Below, piece after piece: positions 42,085-57,789 of a stretch of DNA of 64,000 nucleotides (positions within the stretch are counted from its first letter, which is position 1; every line of letters starts with the position of its first letter). The notes under the pieces were generated by a model, which saw nothing but the letters and a program-made list of their open reading frames with translations, was not told where the DNA came from and did not search any database. The stretch lies in assembly GCF_009914755.1 (NCBI RefSeq), contig NC_060932.1; one strand, given 5' to 3'. Source of the DNA: the human T2T-CHM13v2.0 reference genome, Homo sapiens. The translations under genes were made by a program, and so were the position numbers.

Positions 42085-44910
42085 CTTTTTAATAGACTTT
42101 CACTTTTTAGACCATTTTTAGGTTTACAGAAAAACTGAGCACAAAATACAGAGAATTCCCATCTTGTCCCTGCAATCACTTACCTTCACACACACAGTTT
42201 GTCCTACCATTAGCATCTTTAATTAATGTCTTACATTTGTTACAATTGATGAACCAATATTGATATATTATTAATAACTAAAGCCCCTAGTTTATACAAG
42301 GGTTCAATTTTTTGTGTCATACAATTGTACAGGTTTTGACAAATACATACCATCAAGTATCCACAGTTACAGAACTATGCAGAATAGTTTTGCTGCCCTA
42401 AAAATCTCCTGTGCATTACTTATTCATCCCTCCTTGTTCCCCATCTCCTGCTCCCTCAAACTTTGGGAATCACTGATCTTCTTTATTTTGCCTTTCCAGA
42501 ATGTCATATCGTTGGAACCATACAGGATGGAGCTTTTTCTGACTAAATTCCTTCACTGAGCAATATACACTTCAGTTTCCTCCATGTCTCTTCATGGTAT
42601 GATATCTTCTTTCTATCACTGAATAATATTCCATTGTATGAATATATCACAGTTTGTTTATCCAGACACCTACTGAAGAACATCTTGGTTGCTGCCACCT
42701 TTTGGCAATTCTGCATAAAGCTGCTATAAACATTCACATGCAGGTTCTTGTGTGGGCATAAATTTTTAAGTGATTTGTCTAAATATCTAGGAGCACATTT
42801 ACTAGATGGCATTATAAGACTATATTTAGATTTGTAAGAAATGGCCACATTGTCTTCCAAAGTGGCTGTATCACATTGTATTCTCACTAGCAATGAATGA
42901 GAGTTCTTGTCCACCAACATTTGGTGTTGTCAGGGTTTTGTATTAGGTATGTGGCTGTATCTCATTATTACCTATCTTACAACTTTCTAAAGATAGAGAG
43001 CTTTGACCATTTTCCATAAGCTTATTTGCCATCTGTATATCTTCTTTGGTATTTCTTCTTCTGTATATCTACTGTGTCCATTAGAGCCTATTGAATATAT
43101 GTGCTCCTGTCCCAAATTTATATGTGGAATCTCTAATCCCCAGTGTGATGATATTTGGAGGTGGGGACCTTTGGGAGGTAATTTGGTCATGAGGGTTAGG
43201 GATCAGTGCCATTGTAAGAAGAGAATGAAATAGATCTTACCACTTTCTCTCTCTGTTGTGTAAGAATAGCAAGAAGTTGGACATCTGTAAATCAGGAATA
43301 GGGTCCACACCTAGAACTCAATCATGCTGGCACCCTGATCTCAGACTTTCAGCCTCCAAAATGGTGAGAAGAAACTTTCTGTTGTTTAGGCCACCCAAAC
43401 CATAGTAGTTTTGAGAGAGCCAGGTTGGAGGAGGTCCTCAGAAAAACTCCAACCGTCCTGTGCACTGGGGTGGAGCCTCAGGAGGTTCATGCCCTTTGCA
43501 GTGGGGAGGAGCCTGGCTCCTCCTCTTCCTCTTTGGAACCTGGGATTTGAGCTGCGGGTGGGAAGCACTCTAACAGGGACTCTGGCCTTGGAGAGGATCC
43601 CTGTTTCCCCCACTTTTTTCCCTTTCCACCCAATAAAACCCTGCTTTACTCATATTTCAAACCATCTGCAAGCCTAAATTTTCATGGCCGTGGGACAGAC
43701 AAGGATCCCATCTTTAGCTGAACTAAGGAAAAGTTCTGCAACCATTTGTTGTAGCAGCCTGAACTAAGTCAGAGCCCTTAGCATATTAATTGTAGTTAAA
43801 TTCCAAGTCTGATGGTTCCAAAATCTCTGCCATATCTGAAGCTAATTCTGATGCTTGCTTTGCCTCTTCAGACTGTATTTTGTCTTTTGGTGTCTGTTGT
43901 AATTTTTTGTTAAAATCCAAACATGATGTGTTGTGCGAAGGGAACTTTCGTTAATGAAGTTTTAAACTTAATCTGGCTAGGAGTTAGGCTCCATTTACTG
44001 CTTGTTGTAGCTATAGGTGTCAGAAGCTAAAATTTATTCTATCACCCTTGTTTTTGTCTCCTCTGTTGTTTATGGGTTTCCCTAGTGACCTCTCCTTAAA
44101 TAGCATCTGTGACATGCAATTCTTTCAGTTATATTTCCCTGCTATTATACAGAAGCAGCTCCAATGACATGGTAGTAAAATGTAGAGGGAGAAGAGGCAT
44201 TCTATAGTCCTTTGATTAGATCTCTGTTTTTTAGTGAACCTATGCATTTGGAGAGGTGACCCTAACAAATACTTCTTAGCTTCTCCTCTAACCGTCTTAG
44301 GTGAGTCAGTAAGGCTGGAGAGGCTGGAGTTAGGTATTTCCCTCTCCTAGCGATGAAGGTTAGAAGAGGCTGAAGTTGGGTATTTCCCTTACTCCACATG
44401 AGTTAGGCTGGTAAAGTAGCTTCCATTGAGGGCAAGCCTTTGCTAAGAAGAACAGAAGCTCTGGATGTATTTCAAAATTGTTGCCTTTCCCCTCCCCATG
44501 CAGGAAGCTGGAAGGAATTTTTATTTTATCTTCATAGTGAGAACCTGGTGGGATTCCTGGTGGTAAAAGTGATAAAAGTGTGGGGACCTCCTAAGGCTGT
44601 GCCCACAGAAGTTTTTCTCTCTCAATCTAGTCCATGCTCATTCTTCAGCAATTGGTCAATCATTCCTTCAGTGTTTCAACCAGTTGCTGGCCTTAGTTGT
44701 GCCTCCACCCCCTGTCAGCTGTGATCCTCTGTATCCACCTATCTCTCTCTCTGTAGAGTTTTGGACTGGTGGCTTGCCCTCCATCCTCAATTTTTGGGTG
44801 GATCTAAGAACAGTTGGTGATTTTCAGAGCCCAACTTTGCCATTGCTATGAGGACATGAGTGATGACTCCCAAACTTTTTACATGTCAAAGTGAACTAGA
44901 TGTCTCCTTC
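42085..44910 (-). mobile_element. L1MC-like fragments interrupted by LTRs
   Basis: ggtttacagaaaaactgagc, ttacaattgatgaaccaatattgat, tgccctaaaaatctcctgtg. Confidence 0.75.
43085..43772 (+). mobile_element. MaLR (MLT1A/MST-like) LTR with a nested MER61-like LTR at 43412-43744
   Basis: tttggaggtggggacctttgggaggtaatt...gaactaag; insert tgagagagccagg...aactccaacc...gggaggagcctggc...ctgaactaaggaaaag. Confidence 0.8.
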
Positions 44911-45052
44911 TTGTATTTTTTCACTTTGCACATTTTATGAAACAGAACTTTAATACTTTGACCAAAAGATGTTTCTGACTTTGAATTGAGTATTTTTCCT
45001 GAGTTTTCCTATTAGCATTATTACACAAACATCATTTAATGTGATGACTTAC

Positions 45053-45237
45053 ATATGCATCCTAAAATCATAACCAGATATCACATATACAGGAAAATGT
45101 CAAAATCCACAATTGGGGTTTTAGTACTTTACTTCTGAGAGTATGAAGGAGCATCAAGACAGAGACAGTCTTTGCCAAATTTTCCCCAAAAAATAGCATA
45201 GTGGCTTTGATGGAAAGCGAAGACAGGCTTTTCAATT
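45053..45237 (-). pseudogene. Candidate exon 185 nt, phase 2 to 1 (IEKPVFAFHQSHYAIFWGKFGKDCLCLDAPSYSQK*STKTPIVDFDIFLYM*YLVMILGCI)
   Basis: Acceptor ttatacacag|, strong donor TAT|gtaagt; phases match both neighbours; two stops. Confidence 0.55.
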
Positions 45238-46576
45238 CTGTGTATAACATCAACCCAATGACGTGCTATGGACAAGTGATTTACTTTTATTCTGTCTCAA
45301 TTTTCTCCTATAATAATAGTAGTAACAGCAAGAGCAAAGAAAAGATGTAATGAATACTTATTATATCAAGGCAGTATTCTTAACTCTTTACCTGTACTAT
45401 CATTAAATCCTCAAAGTAATCTAAGAGTTGGAAAACATGAGGCATAAAAAGGTTAAGTGATTTATGCAAGGTTGCACAGCTAGTAAGTGGTGCAGACTCG
45501 CTCTAAAGCTCTCCTCATTAAACATGAGAAAACAACCCAAACTCCGTGTGATGATGGAAGTGAAGAGTATCCTAGGCAGAGGAGTAAGAATGAGTAAGCT
45601 TATTTCTACCCTCAGGCCTTTGCAAAGATAGAAATAAGTCCTAAATGTTTGAAGGACACAAAAGTCCAAATTGACTAGAGCAAAATAAATAAAGTAAAAA
45701 AAAATGGAAGAAGATGAGATTAGAGAGGGCTTGTGTCATAATAGCTAATGTTTATCAAGTTCTTTTAAGTATTCGGTGCTGTTGTATTTTATATTCGTTT
45801 TCTTTTAATTCTCAAACAACACTGAAAAGTAGTTCTAATAGTAATCATTACTGTTGCTATTAACACTATTGACAGTCAAAACACATGTGACATAATTTTT
45901 TTAAAAAACTTCAAAATAACTTATGGATAAAAAAGAAATAAGGAAAATGACAATTTTTTAAAAGATCTGACTGCCACAGTGCATATAAGACTTTCAAGAT
46001 ATAGGTCAATTGGTACTTTGAGGCAGATAGAAAAATAAGTAAAAAGTGACCATTGAAACAATCATTGTAAGAATTTGGAAAGGCAGCAAAGTAAAAGCCC
46101 AAGAAAGAAAGAAAAAATTATTTTAAAATTTTAATAAAAAATAAAGAATAGGATCAACAAAACAAATAGCTCAATCTTAGAGAAGTCTTTTAAAATAGTC
46201 CTTTCAAACCTCTGGCAAAATATATTAAGAAAAAGTAAAGTACAAATAAGAATATTAAATATAAAAGTGGCCAAGAGTAGAGTTAAAAATATTTTTAAAA
46301 CAACAAGCTATGGTATTTGCAAAATAAAAAATACCATAAAGGGTTAAAAAGAAAAGCTAAATAACGACATACCAAATAGATAAATCTGAATAAAAGCAAG
46401 GTGAAGAAGCACAGGTAGATGATGATAATATTTATGTAAATGTTTAAAATACTCAAAGGAATATTAAATATACTTTGGATTAAAAAATGTACTGTAAGTA
46501 TAAAAGCATGGATGGAAAAGACACAAAACCAACTTCAGAACTGTGGCTGTGATTTCAGGTGGAGAGCAGTATTTAC

Positions 46577-46830
46577 ACTGATTTCAAGGTATGGAGATTC
46601 TTGCAACAAATGTGTAATGCAGATCTGGACTCCAGACTCATTAGAAATAAAAGGCTCAGGTATTCATTTTGGGGTAAGATTTTGTTTCCTTCAACTAAGC
46701 TAGGTATAATTTTCCTTTTCTGCTCTGAACTGCTGGGGGACTTTTTCTGCACTGGGGTTTGTGCATATACAGGGGTCTCAGTTTCACCTTCTTGCCTCAA
46801 GTAGTTAAGTCCCATCTGCTGGCTTTCCAT
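46577..46830 (-). pseudogene. Candidate exon, 84 open codons (MESQQMGLNYLRQEG...NLHTLKS), phase 2 end
   Basis: ORF track 46573..46830; the frame stays open right up to the donor AGT|gtaaat; 5' side abuts an L1. Confidence 0.55.
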
Positions 46831-47792
46831 GTGTTATTTAAAAAATAGCTTTGTTGAGATATTGTAGTAAACATGCAACACGTTTCCCTGTGTCCCTCTA
46901 GTCCTCTCCCCGTCTCTCCTTTTCCTACTCCCCTTCCCATCCCTTTTCCCAAGAAAAAAACTGATATGATTTCCGTCACAATAGATTAGATTAGATTTTC
47001 TGCCATTTTATGTAAGTACAATCATATAGAATATACTCTATTTTTTTGGACTGGCTTCTGTTGCTTTGCATAATTACTTTGAGATTCATCCATGTTTTAG
47101 TGTGTATAAATTCTTTATTCTTTTTTGTTGTTGAGCAGTATTGCATCGCATGAATATACTGCAGTTTGTTTATCTATTAACTGGTTGATGAGCATTTGGG
47201 CTGTTTTCAGTTTTTGGCTATTAGATATAAATCTACTATGAGCATTCATGTATAAGGCTTTGTATGAACATATATCTCCTTTTCTTTACAATAAATACTT
47301 AGGAATAGAATGGCTGGATTACATGGTAGATGTATATTTAATTTTTAAAGATACTATCAGTCTTCCAAAGTGGTTGTGCCATTTCATACTCCTAAAGTGT
47401 ATGAGAGTTTCAGTTCCTCTGTATTCTTGACCACACTTGGTATCATCAGTCTTTTTAATTTTAGCCATTCTAATAAGTGTTGTAGCAGTATTTCTTAAAG
47501 GTTTTAATTTGCATTTGCCTAATAATTTATAATGTCAGGCAGCTTTTCATGTGCTTATTTGCCATCCAGTTACCTTTTGTGGTAAATTGTCTGTTCACAC
47601 ATTTTGCCTATTTTTAAAATTCGACTGTTTGTTTGCACATTACTAAATTGTGAGAAATTTTAAAAATATTCTGCATAAAGATCCTTTATCAAATATGAAC
47701 CTTACAAATATATTCACCCAATCTGTAGATTGTCTTTTTATTCTCTTTAAGCAGAAGTATTTAATTTTTGATTAAGTCCAATTTATCAATTC

Positions 47793-48085
47793 TTTTTTTT
47801 TTTTTCTGAGATGGAGTCTCGCTGTCGCCCAGGCTGGAGTGCAGTAGCACGATCTCAGCTCACTGCAAGTCTACCTCCCAGGTTCATGCCATTCTCCTGC
47901 CTCAGCCTCCCGAGTAGCTGGGACTACAGGCGCCCACCACCATGCCCGGCTAATTTTTTGTATTTTTAGTAGAGACGGGGTTTCACCGTGTTAGCCAGGA
48001 TGGTCTTGATCTCCTGACCTTGTGATCCACCCGCCTCAGCCTCCCAGCGTGCTGGGATTACAGGTGTGAGCCACCGCACCCGGCC
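47793..48085 (-). mobile_element. AluY
   Basis: TSD tatcaattc. Confidence 0.95.
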
Positions 48086-48573
48086 TATCAATTCGTTCTT
48101 TAACAGATTATGCTTTGGATGTTGTATCTAAGAAACCTTAGCTTAACTCAAGCTCACAAAGTTTTTGTCCTATGTTTTCTTCCAGAAGCTGTGTAATTTT
48201 AGATTTTACATTAGACATATTGTCCTTTGAGTTAATTTTTATATATAGTGCAGTATAGCTTAAAGCTCGTTTTCTTGTTTAGCGGATATCTGTCTGTTCC
48301 AGTGCCATTTGTTGAAAAGACTATTCTTTCTCCACTAAATTGTCTTTGAATGTGTTGAAAATCAGTTGTCCATGGATATGTGGGTCTTTTTCTGAAGTCT
48401 TCATTCTGTTTTATTAACTAAAATAGTCTATCTTTACACCAGAAACCACACTGTCTTGATTACTATAACTTTATAATAAGTCTTGAAATCAGGTAATGCT
48501 AGTTTTCCAAACCTGTTTTTCTTTTTTTGAAGTTGGACAGTTATTCTAGATCCTTACATTTACATATGAGTTT

Positions 48574-48872
48574 GTTTGCTTGTTTGTTTGTTTGAGACGG
48601 AGTCTCTCTCTGTCACCTAGGCTGGTGTGCATTGGGTGATCTCGGCTCACTGCAACCTCCACCTCCCAGATTCAAGCAATTCTCCTGCCTCTGCCTCCTG
48701 AGTACCTGGGATTACAGGCATGCGCCACCACGCCAGGCTAATTTTTGAATTTTTAGTAGAGATGGGGTTTCACCATGTTGGTCAGGCTGGTCTCGACCTC
48801 CTGACCTCATGATCTGCCCACCTCAGCGTCCCAAAGTGTTGGGATTACAGGCGTGAGCCACCGTACCCGGCC
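48574..48872 (-). mobile_element. AluS with (GTTT)n tail
   Basis: TSD acatatgagttt/acatgcgagttt. Confidence 0.95.
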
Positions 48873-49110
48873 ACATGCGAGTTTTAAAATCAGTTTCTCA
48901 ATTTATACTCCCTTCCCCACCCCCAGAAAAACATGTTAAGATTTTTAGTGGGATTGCATTTATCTAAAGATCAACTTGGGGGAGAATTAACATCTTAACA
49001 ATATTGAGTCTTTTGACTCATAAACATGGCATGTCTTTCCATTTATTTAGGTCTTTTTAAATTTCTTGAAGTAATGTGTTATAATTTTCAGCGTACAGAT
49101 CTTTTACATC

Positions 49111-49412
49111 TTTTTTTTTTTTTTTTTTTTTGAGACGGAGTCTCGCTTTGTCGCCCAGGCTGGAGTGCAGTGACACGATCTTGGCTCACTGCAAGCTCCG
49201 CCTCCTGGGTTCATGCTATTCTCCTGCGTCAGCCTCCCAAGTAGCTGGGGCTACAGGCACCCGCCACCGCACCTGGCTAATTTTTTGTATTTTTAGTAGA
49301 GACGGGGTTTCAGCACGTTGGCCAGGATGGTCTCGATCTCCTGACCTCGTGATCCACCCGTCTCGGCCTCCCAAAGTGCTGGGATTACAGGCGTGAGCCA
49401 CCGCGCCCGGCC
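49111..49412 (-). mobile_element. AluY
   Basis: TSD cttttacatctttt. Confidence 0.95.
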
Positions 49413-49769
49413 CTTTTACATCTTTTGTAAGATTTATCCCTACATAGTCATATTGCTTGATAGTATTGTAAATGGTATTTTTAAAAATTTAAATTTAAAA
49501 ACATTTAAATTTCTGATCATACTAACAACGTATAGGATGTAGAAATGTAAAAAACTTTTAAATGGATCTTATATCCTACAATCTTGATAAACCCACTTGT
49601 TTACCAACAAGTTTGTTTTTACAGATTCCATAAAATTTTCTAGAATTTTTTTATAGATTCCAAAAAATTTTCTTCATACACAATTATAGATTCTAGCTTC
49701 TAGAAGTATTTATAGACAATTATAGATTTTAGAAGTGTTTTCATAGATTCCATAAAAGTTTCTTCATAG

Positions 49770-50157
<388 letters not shown>

Positions 50158-50309
50158 TAAAATTTATTTTTCTTTCCATATTGCAATGGCTAGAATTTCC
50201 TGCATAAGACTGGTTAGAAAGGTTGAGAAAAGACATTCTTGTTGTTAATTTTAAGGAAAAAACATCCAGTCTTTTTGTATGACAAGTACTATGATTTCGA
50301 TGTTTCTAT

Positions 50310-50656
50310 CTTTTGATTTCTGCCTTGAAAAAATTTTTTTCTAGGCTAAGAAAAAACAGTTTTGGAAGTCAGAGCATCACCAAACCAAGGACAGTGATTG
50401 CACTAAGTAACATTATTCTTGATACTCAATATTCAAATATCACATTGAATACTTTTCAAAATAAGGGGTGGTTGGAGTTAAGTATTTTGTTATTGATAAA
50501 AATTTTGGTTCAAGCACTACAAATTGCTAATGGAAATTTTCCTTTTTGACAATAGTGTGGGTAGGTTTCAGGGTATATAAGGTAAATTCTATATGTAAAT
50601 GTTTATTTCACATATATTTTTTCACTTCTTTTGTGGTTATCGTCATTTCATAAGTG
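50310..50656 (-). pseudogene. Candidate exon remnant (TYEMTITTKEVKKYM*NKHLHIEFTLYTLKP...), 3' side cut by L1
   Basis: Acceptor atttctcctag|; unique sequence with several stops; abuts the L1 at ~50300. Confidence 0.35.
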
Positions 50657-52160
50657 CTAGGAGAAATCTCTTCTCCATATATTCTTAATTTCTTCTTAGT
50701 AGCATTTCATGACTACAAAGTACTATTATGGTAATATTTATAAATACATATATTTTTACAATTATAAAAGTAATATATAAGTTTTATGTAAAAGTTTTGG
50801 AAATTCAGAAAAATGTAAAGAAAATCAAAGTTACTGACAAGTCCATATCTTACAGAAGTATTTTTAACATTTTGGTATATATATTTCCATAAAGTCACAT
50901 ATTTCCAAGTAATTATGTGTATGAAACATACATATAGGCATGTAGTTTCATTTGGTAATTACTGTTTAGAGAACTTTATATATAAAACTTTTTACCTTCT
51001 GCTTCTGGTTATAAATGAGGTAGCTTATATCACACAAGTCCTCCTATTATGAACTACCATAAAAACTGAAGAAGAAGAAGAAAGCAACTAAAACATCTGT
51101 TTGAAGGCATTGGGGAGCAACCAAGAAAGTCAGGATTTAGAAGACCAGATTGAAGTACAGAGGAAAGCATAAAGGCTTAACAGGCATGTACTTGGGGTCC
51201 CAGCAGGAGGGACGAGAGAGAGTGGGACAGAACCAGTACTTGAAGAGAGAGGGCTGAGAGCTTTCCAAAATTGAAACACACACTCACATGCACACACACA
51301 AACACACACACACACCCCTAAATCACAGATTTAAGAAACTCTATAAACCAAAACCTGGATAAATGGAAAGAAAATCACTCCTAGCCCATCATAATGTAGC
51401 TTCTGAAAGACCAAATCAAAGATATACTTTAATAACAGTAATAGAAAATAGACAAATTACCTTTCAAAGAGCTACAGTGACATAAAAAACCACTTTTAAA
51501 AATAAAAATAGTGGAAGAAAAAGACCATAGAATTTCAAACGCTTGAAAGAAAACAACTGCAAACCTGAAATTTAATATCCAGTGAAACATTTCTTTAAAA
51601 AAAAGTTGGGGAAAATAAAGATATTTCAAAACAATAACAATAGCAGTAAAAGTTTATCACCAGCAGAATGCACTTAAAATATTAAGTGAATTCATTAGGT
51701 AGAAGAAAAGTGATACCAGATGGATGCATAGTAATGCAGGAAGGAGCAGGGAACACTGGGAGCACAAACGTGTGGGTAAATATAAAGGCATATTTCCTGT
51801 TTAAAAGTAATAATAATGTTTTATAGAGTTTTAAACATATGCAGATTTAGAATATATGTTAACAGTTGCACATAAGGAAGAGGGCAGTAAATGGAGTTCA
51901 GTGTTAAAAAGGTTTTGCATTCTCTGGGAGGTTGTAAAAATAATAATTTAAAGTATCTATTAGTAAGTTAAGGATACATATTATAATCTCTAGTGTATGT
52001 CTAAAAGAATGATTAAAGCATGTAGAAATAATAAGTTAATGGAGTGGGATAAAGTAAATAATAAAAAAATTAATTAATCCAAAATAATGTAAGAAAGGAA
52101 AACACAATGGAAATGAGATAGGAAAAATAGAGGACAAAGAATATAGCAGGTATATATCCT

Positions 52161-53569
<1,409 letters not shown>

Positions 53570-53816
53570 ACCCTAATACTATCTATAACTACATTTAATA
53601 TACTATGAACTCAATACTTCAAAGACATTGTCAGATTGGATTAAAACAAATGTTCTAATGCTTACATGGGACCCACATTAAATACAAAGACATAGAAAGA
53701 TTTAAAGTAAAAAGATTTTTTAAAAAAAGCTGTTCCATGATAATATTAATGGAAAAACAGTTAATGTAGCTGTAATGATATCAAACAAAAGTGGCCACAT
53801 ACAGCAAGTAGGAAAT

Positions 53817-54140
<324 letters not shown>

Positions 54141-54364
54141 CTAGTTAAAGATGTTATAATGATAAAAGGTAATATATACAGATAATATTATAATTATATG
54201 TGATATATTCTATATTATAATGTTAAATGTATGATCATTTGATAAAATCAAATAACATGATGATAAAATCATTATAATTAGGCTATCAAGATGAAAGGGT
54301 AAATTCCACAGGAAAATATAGCGATCTTAAACTCGTGTACCCTTAATAAAACAGCATCAAATTA

Positions 54365-54671
<307 letters not shown>

Positions 54672-54803
54672 GTAAAATTACGTAGTACAAGTTGACAGCA
54701 TATAATGAAAGCGTAAGTAGAGAAATTCACACTCATTAATTGAAATTCCCCCCCCCCGTCCTTTCAGTAACTAATGAGACAGTTAGATAAAAATATCAGC
54801 AGA

Positions 54804-55103
54804 AGCCAGGCACGGTGGCTCACACATGTAATCCCAGCACTTTAGGAGGCTGAGGTTGGTGGTTCGCTTGAGCTCAGGAACTCAAGACCAGCCTGGGCAA
54901 CATGGTGAGATCCTGCCTCTACGAAAAATACAAAAAATTAGCCTGGTGTGGTGATGCGCACCTGTAATCCCAGCTACTAGGGGTGCTGAGAGGGGATGAT
55001 TACTTGTGCCCAGGAGGTTGAGGCTGCAGTGAGCTGCAATTGCACCACTGTACTTCAGCCTGGGTGACAAAGCAAGACCCAGTCTCAAAAAAAAAGAAAA
55101 AAA
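54804..55103 (+). mobile_element. AluJ
   Basis: cttgagctcagga, gaggctgcagtgagct diagnostics. Confidence 0.9.
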
Positions 55104-55324
55104 ATCAATAGAGAAATTTGAACAACATAGTAAGTTTGACTAGTTGACATATGTAGAGTTTTGCACCCAACAAGTGCAAAACAATTTTTCAAGTACACAT
55201 GAAATAATTAGAAAATAACTATATACTGGGGAGTAAGTTTCAAAAAATATCTATGAATTGAAGTCATATTGAGTATGTTCTCAGTTTACAGTGTAATTCA
55301 ACTGGAAGTCAACAATAAAAAGGC

Positions 55325-55804
55325 TAGAAAATCTCCAAACGGTTGAAGATGATCAACTATATACATACATGTGTATATATACACATAAACATATATGGAC
55401 ACACGTGTATACATACGTGTATATACACGTATATACACATGTGCATATGTGTATACAAACATTCACACGTGTATACACACGTGTATAAACTATATACATG
55501 TGCATATATACACACATACACACATGTGTGTATATATGTGTGTATATACACACGTGTGTATGTGTATATACACGTGTGCATATGTGTGTGTATATACACA
55601 CAAGTGTGCATATATGTGTGTATATACACTGTGTATGTGTGTGTATATACACGTGCATATGTGTCTGTATATACACGTGTGTATATGTGCGTGTATATAT
55701 GCGTGTGTATATATGTGTGTGTATATACACGTGTGTGTATATATGTGTATGTATACACGTATGTGTATATAGTTGATCATCTTCAACCGTTTGGAGATTT
55801 TCTA
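55325..55804. repeat. 41-bp perfect inverted repeat flanking a ~400-bp (TA/CA/TG) alternating purine-pyrimidine tract
   Basis: 55325-55365 TAGAAAATCTCCAAACGGTTGAAGATGATCAACTATATACA is the exact reverse complement of 55764-55804. Confidence 0.97.
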
Positions 55805-55860
55805 TTATATATATTTTTTCTTTAACATTATATGGTGTTTTATCATATAGTGTTTCTTAC

Positions 55861-55910
55861 GGACATAGCTTAAGAATCATCTGTTATTTTGTTTCACAGA
55901 AAGTGTGAAA
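55861..55910 (-). pseudogene. Candidate exon, possibly holding the start codon (MILKLC, phase 2 end)
   Basis: Acceptor ctcccctgcag|, donor TCC|gtaaga; ATG at 55880-55878 leaves phase 2, matching the next candidate exon at 50656. Confidence 0.4.
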
Positions 55911-55983
55911 CTGCAGGGGAGCCGATTTGTATAGATCCTGGTAAAAAGATAATTGAGTAGGTAAATTCCAGGGAGCTTTTGGA

Positions 55984-56643
55984 CAGTGGATCCCCCTGTC
56001 AGTGGTTTTGGAGTCCCTAGTTTCAGTTACTCGTGGTCAACTGTGGTCTAAAAATATTAAACAGAAAATTCCAGGAATAAACAGTTCCTAGGTTTTCAAT
56101 TGTGTTGACTTCTGATTGGCGTGATGAGATCCAGCCATCTTACTCCTTCCCACAGAAAGTGAGTCCTCCCTTTGCCCAGCGTTTCCCTGCTGTCTACAAT
56201 ATCCACCTGTTAGTCACTTCACAATCTGGGTTATTAGATGACTGTGGCAATGACCAGTGTGGTGTCTTCAAGTTGCCTTGATTTTACTGACTTTTTGCCC
56301 TTATTTCTCTCTGGCTCCAAAGTGCAAGAGAAGTGATGCTGGCAATTCAGATATGCCAAAGAGAAGCTGCAAATGCCTCCTTTAAGTTAAAAGGTAAAAA
56401 TTCTGGACTTAATAAGGAAAGAAAAAAAATCATATGCAGAGGTTGCCAAGATCTACTAAAAACAAATCTATCCACGAAAATGTGAAGAAGAAAAAAGAAA
56501 TGCATGCTAGTTTTGCTGTTGCATCATTTTTGGATGGAAGAACAGAAACATGTTCCCATTGACCGCAATGGGTACTATCCATGGTTTCAGGCATCCACTG
56601 GGGCTCTTGGAACCTATCCCCCATAGGTATGGGGGGGCTACTG
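55984..56643. mobile_element. MER44/Tigger7-type DNA transposon derivative
   Basis: Degenerate TIRs cagtggatccccct / gggggggctactg(ta); gagaagtgatgctggcaattcagatatgccaaagagaag; ggtttcaggcatccactgggg. Confidence 0.8.
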
Positions 56644-57789
56644 TATTTCTGGCCCCACAGTCTTCTACTGCCGACTTTAGGTCTCTCTGGATCTCAGGCC
56701 CCCTTCTCTAAGATGCATCCTAGAGGACCAAAAATACACTTTATTTGGGCTTCGCCTGCTTTTGTGGAAGGGTAGTTTACTAGAGGATATAATCTCGTGT
56801 TTTAATTTGCTCTCTCTCCTAAAGGAAATGTGGAGAAAAAAAAAAAGCAGAAATTGGAAATAACCAATATTTAGTTTATTTCATTCGATTCTTAGGGGAA
56901 CTGGTGAGGAGCCTAAGATGATTTTCCCTTCCTAGAGAAAGAATCCAAAGTCCAGGGAAATAGCGACAGGGGAGTTCAAGACTGCCCCTGCTAGTCCTTC
57001 CTTGGCTACTCTCCGCTGCGATCGCAGGATAGCTCTCATTAGCAGGAGAATCGGGCAAGTGTGTGGATAAGTAGAGAGTGTGTTGAACAACTTGTAACGT
57101 TTTATGAAATACGCATTGTCATGGTTCCCTAAAAGGCTTTGCGGAAGCCGTTTGTCTTTACTAATCAAGTCTTTACTTACACAAAAGTAGAAGTAGAAGT
57201 AGTTTTAGAAAACATACTAACAATCTTCTATCCCCTTGAAGACCAGAGTAGCAGAAAACAGGTGATTTGCATTATAAAATTGCACTCACTTTTTCCTCCT
57301 TTCAGATTTCACATTACATTAGCCTATTTGTGTTACGGTGTATAAAAAATGGAACAGGCGCCTCCACTACATTGTTCTCCTTTAAAAATAGATCACTTAC
57401 ACCCTAACTTTGTTTTCCTTAAATTCGATTCTTAACAGGAGAGCTTTCTATTATTTCAGATGGAGTGAGGTTGCACGACTGGGATGGAAGAAAGGAATCC
57501 CTTAAATTTGGGGGAATTTCTGTTCTCTGTTCTAAGACCATTTTACTTGGGGTGTGGGGGTGGGCGCGGCGGTCAGGGCAGTGGAACGCAGTCGCGGCTG
57601 CGCCATCCCTGCACTTCCAGGCGCGCGGGAGGGACCGGCGGGGACGCGAGCTGCGGACTCTGGCGAACTCGGGGGAGGCAGACAGGGGGAGGCGGACACC
57701 CAGCCGGCAGGCGTCTCAGCCTCCCCGCAGCCGGCGGGCTTTTCTCCTGACAGCTCCAGGAAAGGCAGACCCCTTCCCCAGCCAGCCAG

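Noticed and set aside
55343-55825. Six ORFs rich in Y/T/H/V/C/I
   Set aside because: Translation of the RY microsatellite.
57341-57348. TATAAAAA as the NPBWR1 TATA box
   Set aside because: Over 200 bp from the CpG island edge in AT-rich DNA; no start site can be assigned from sequence alone.
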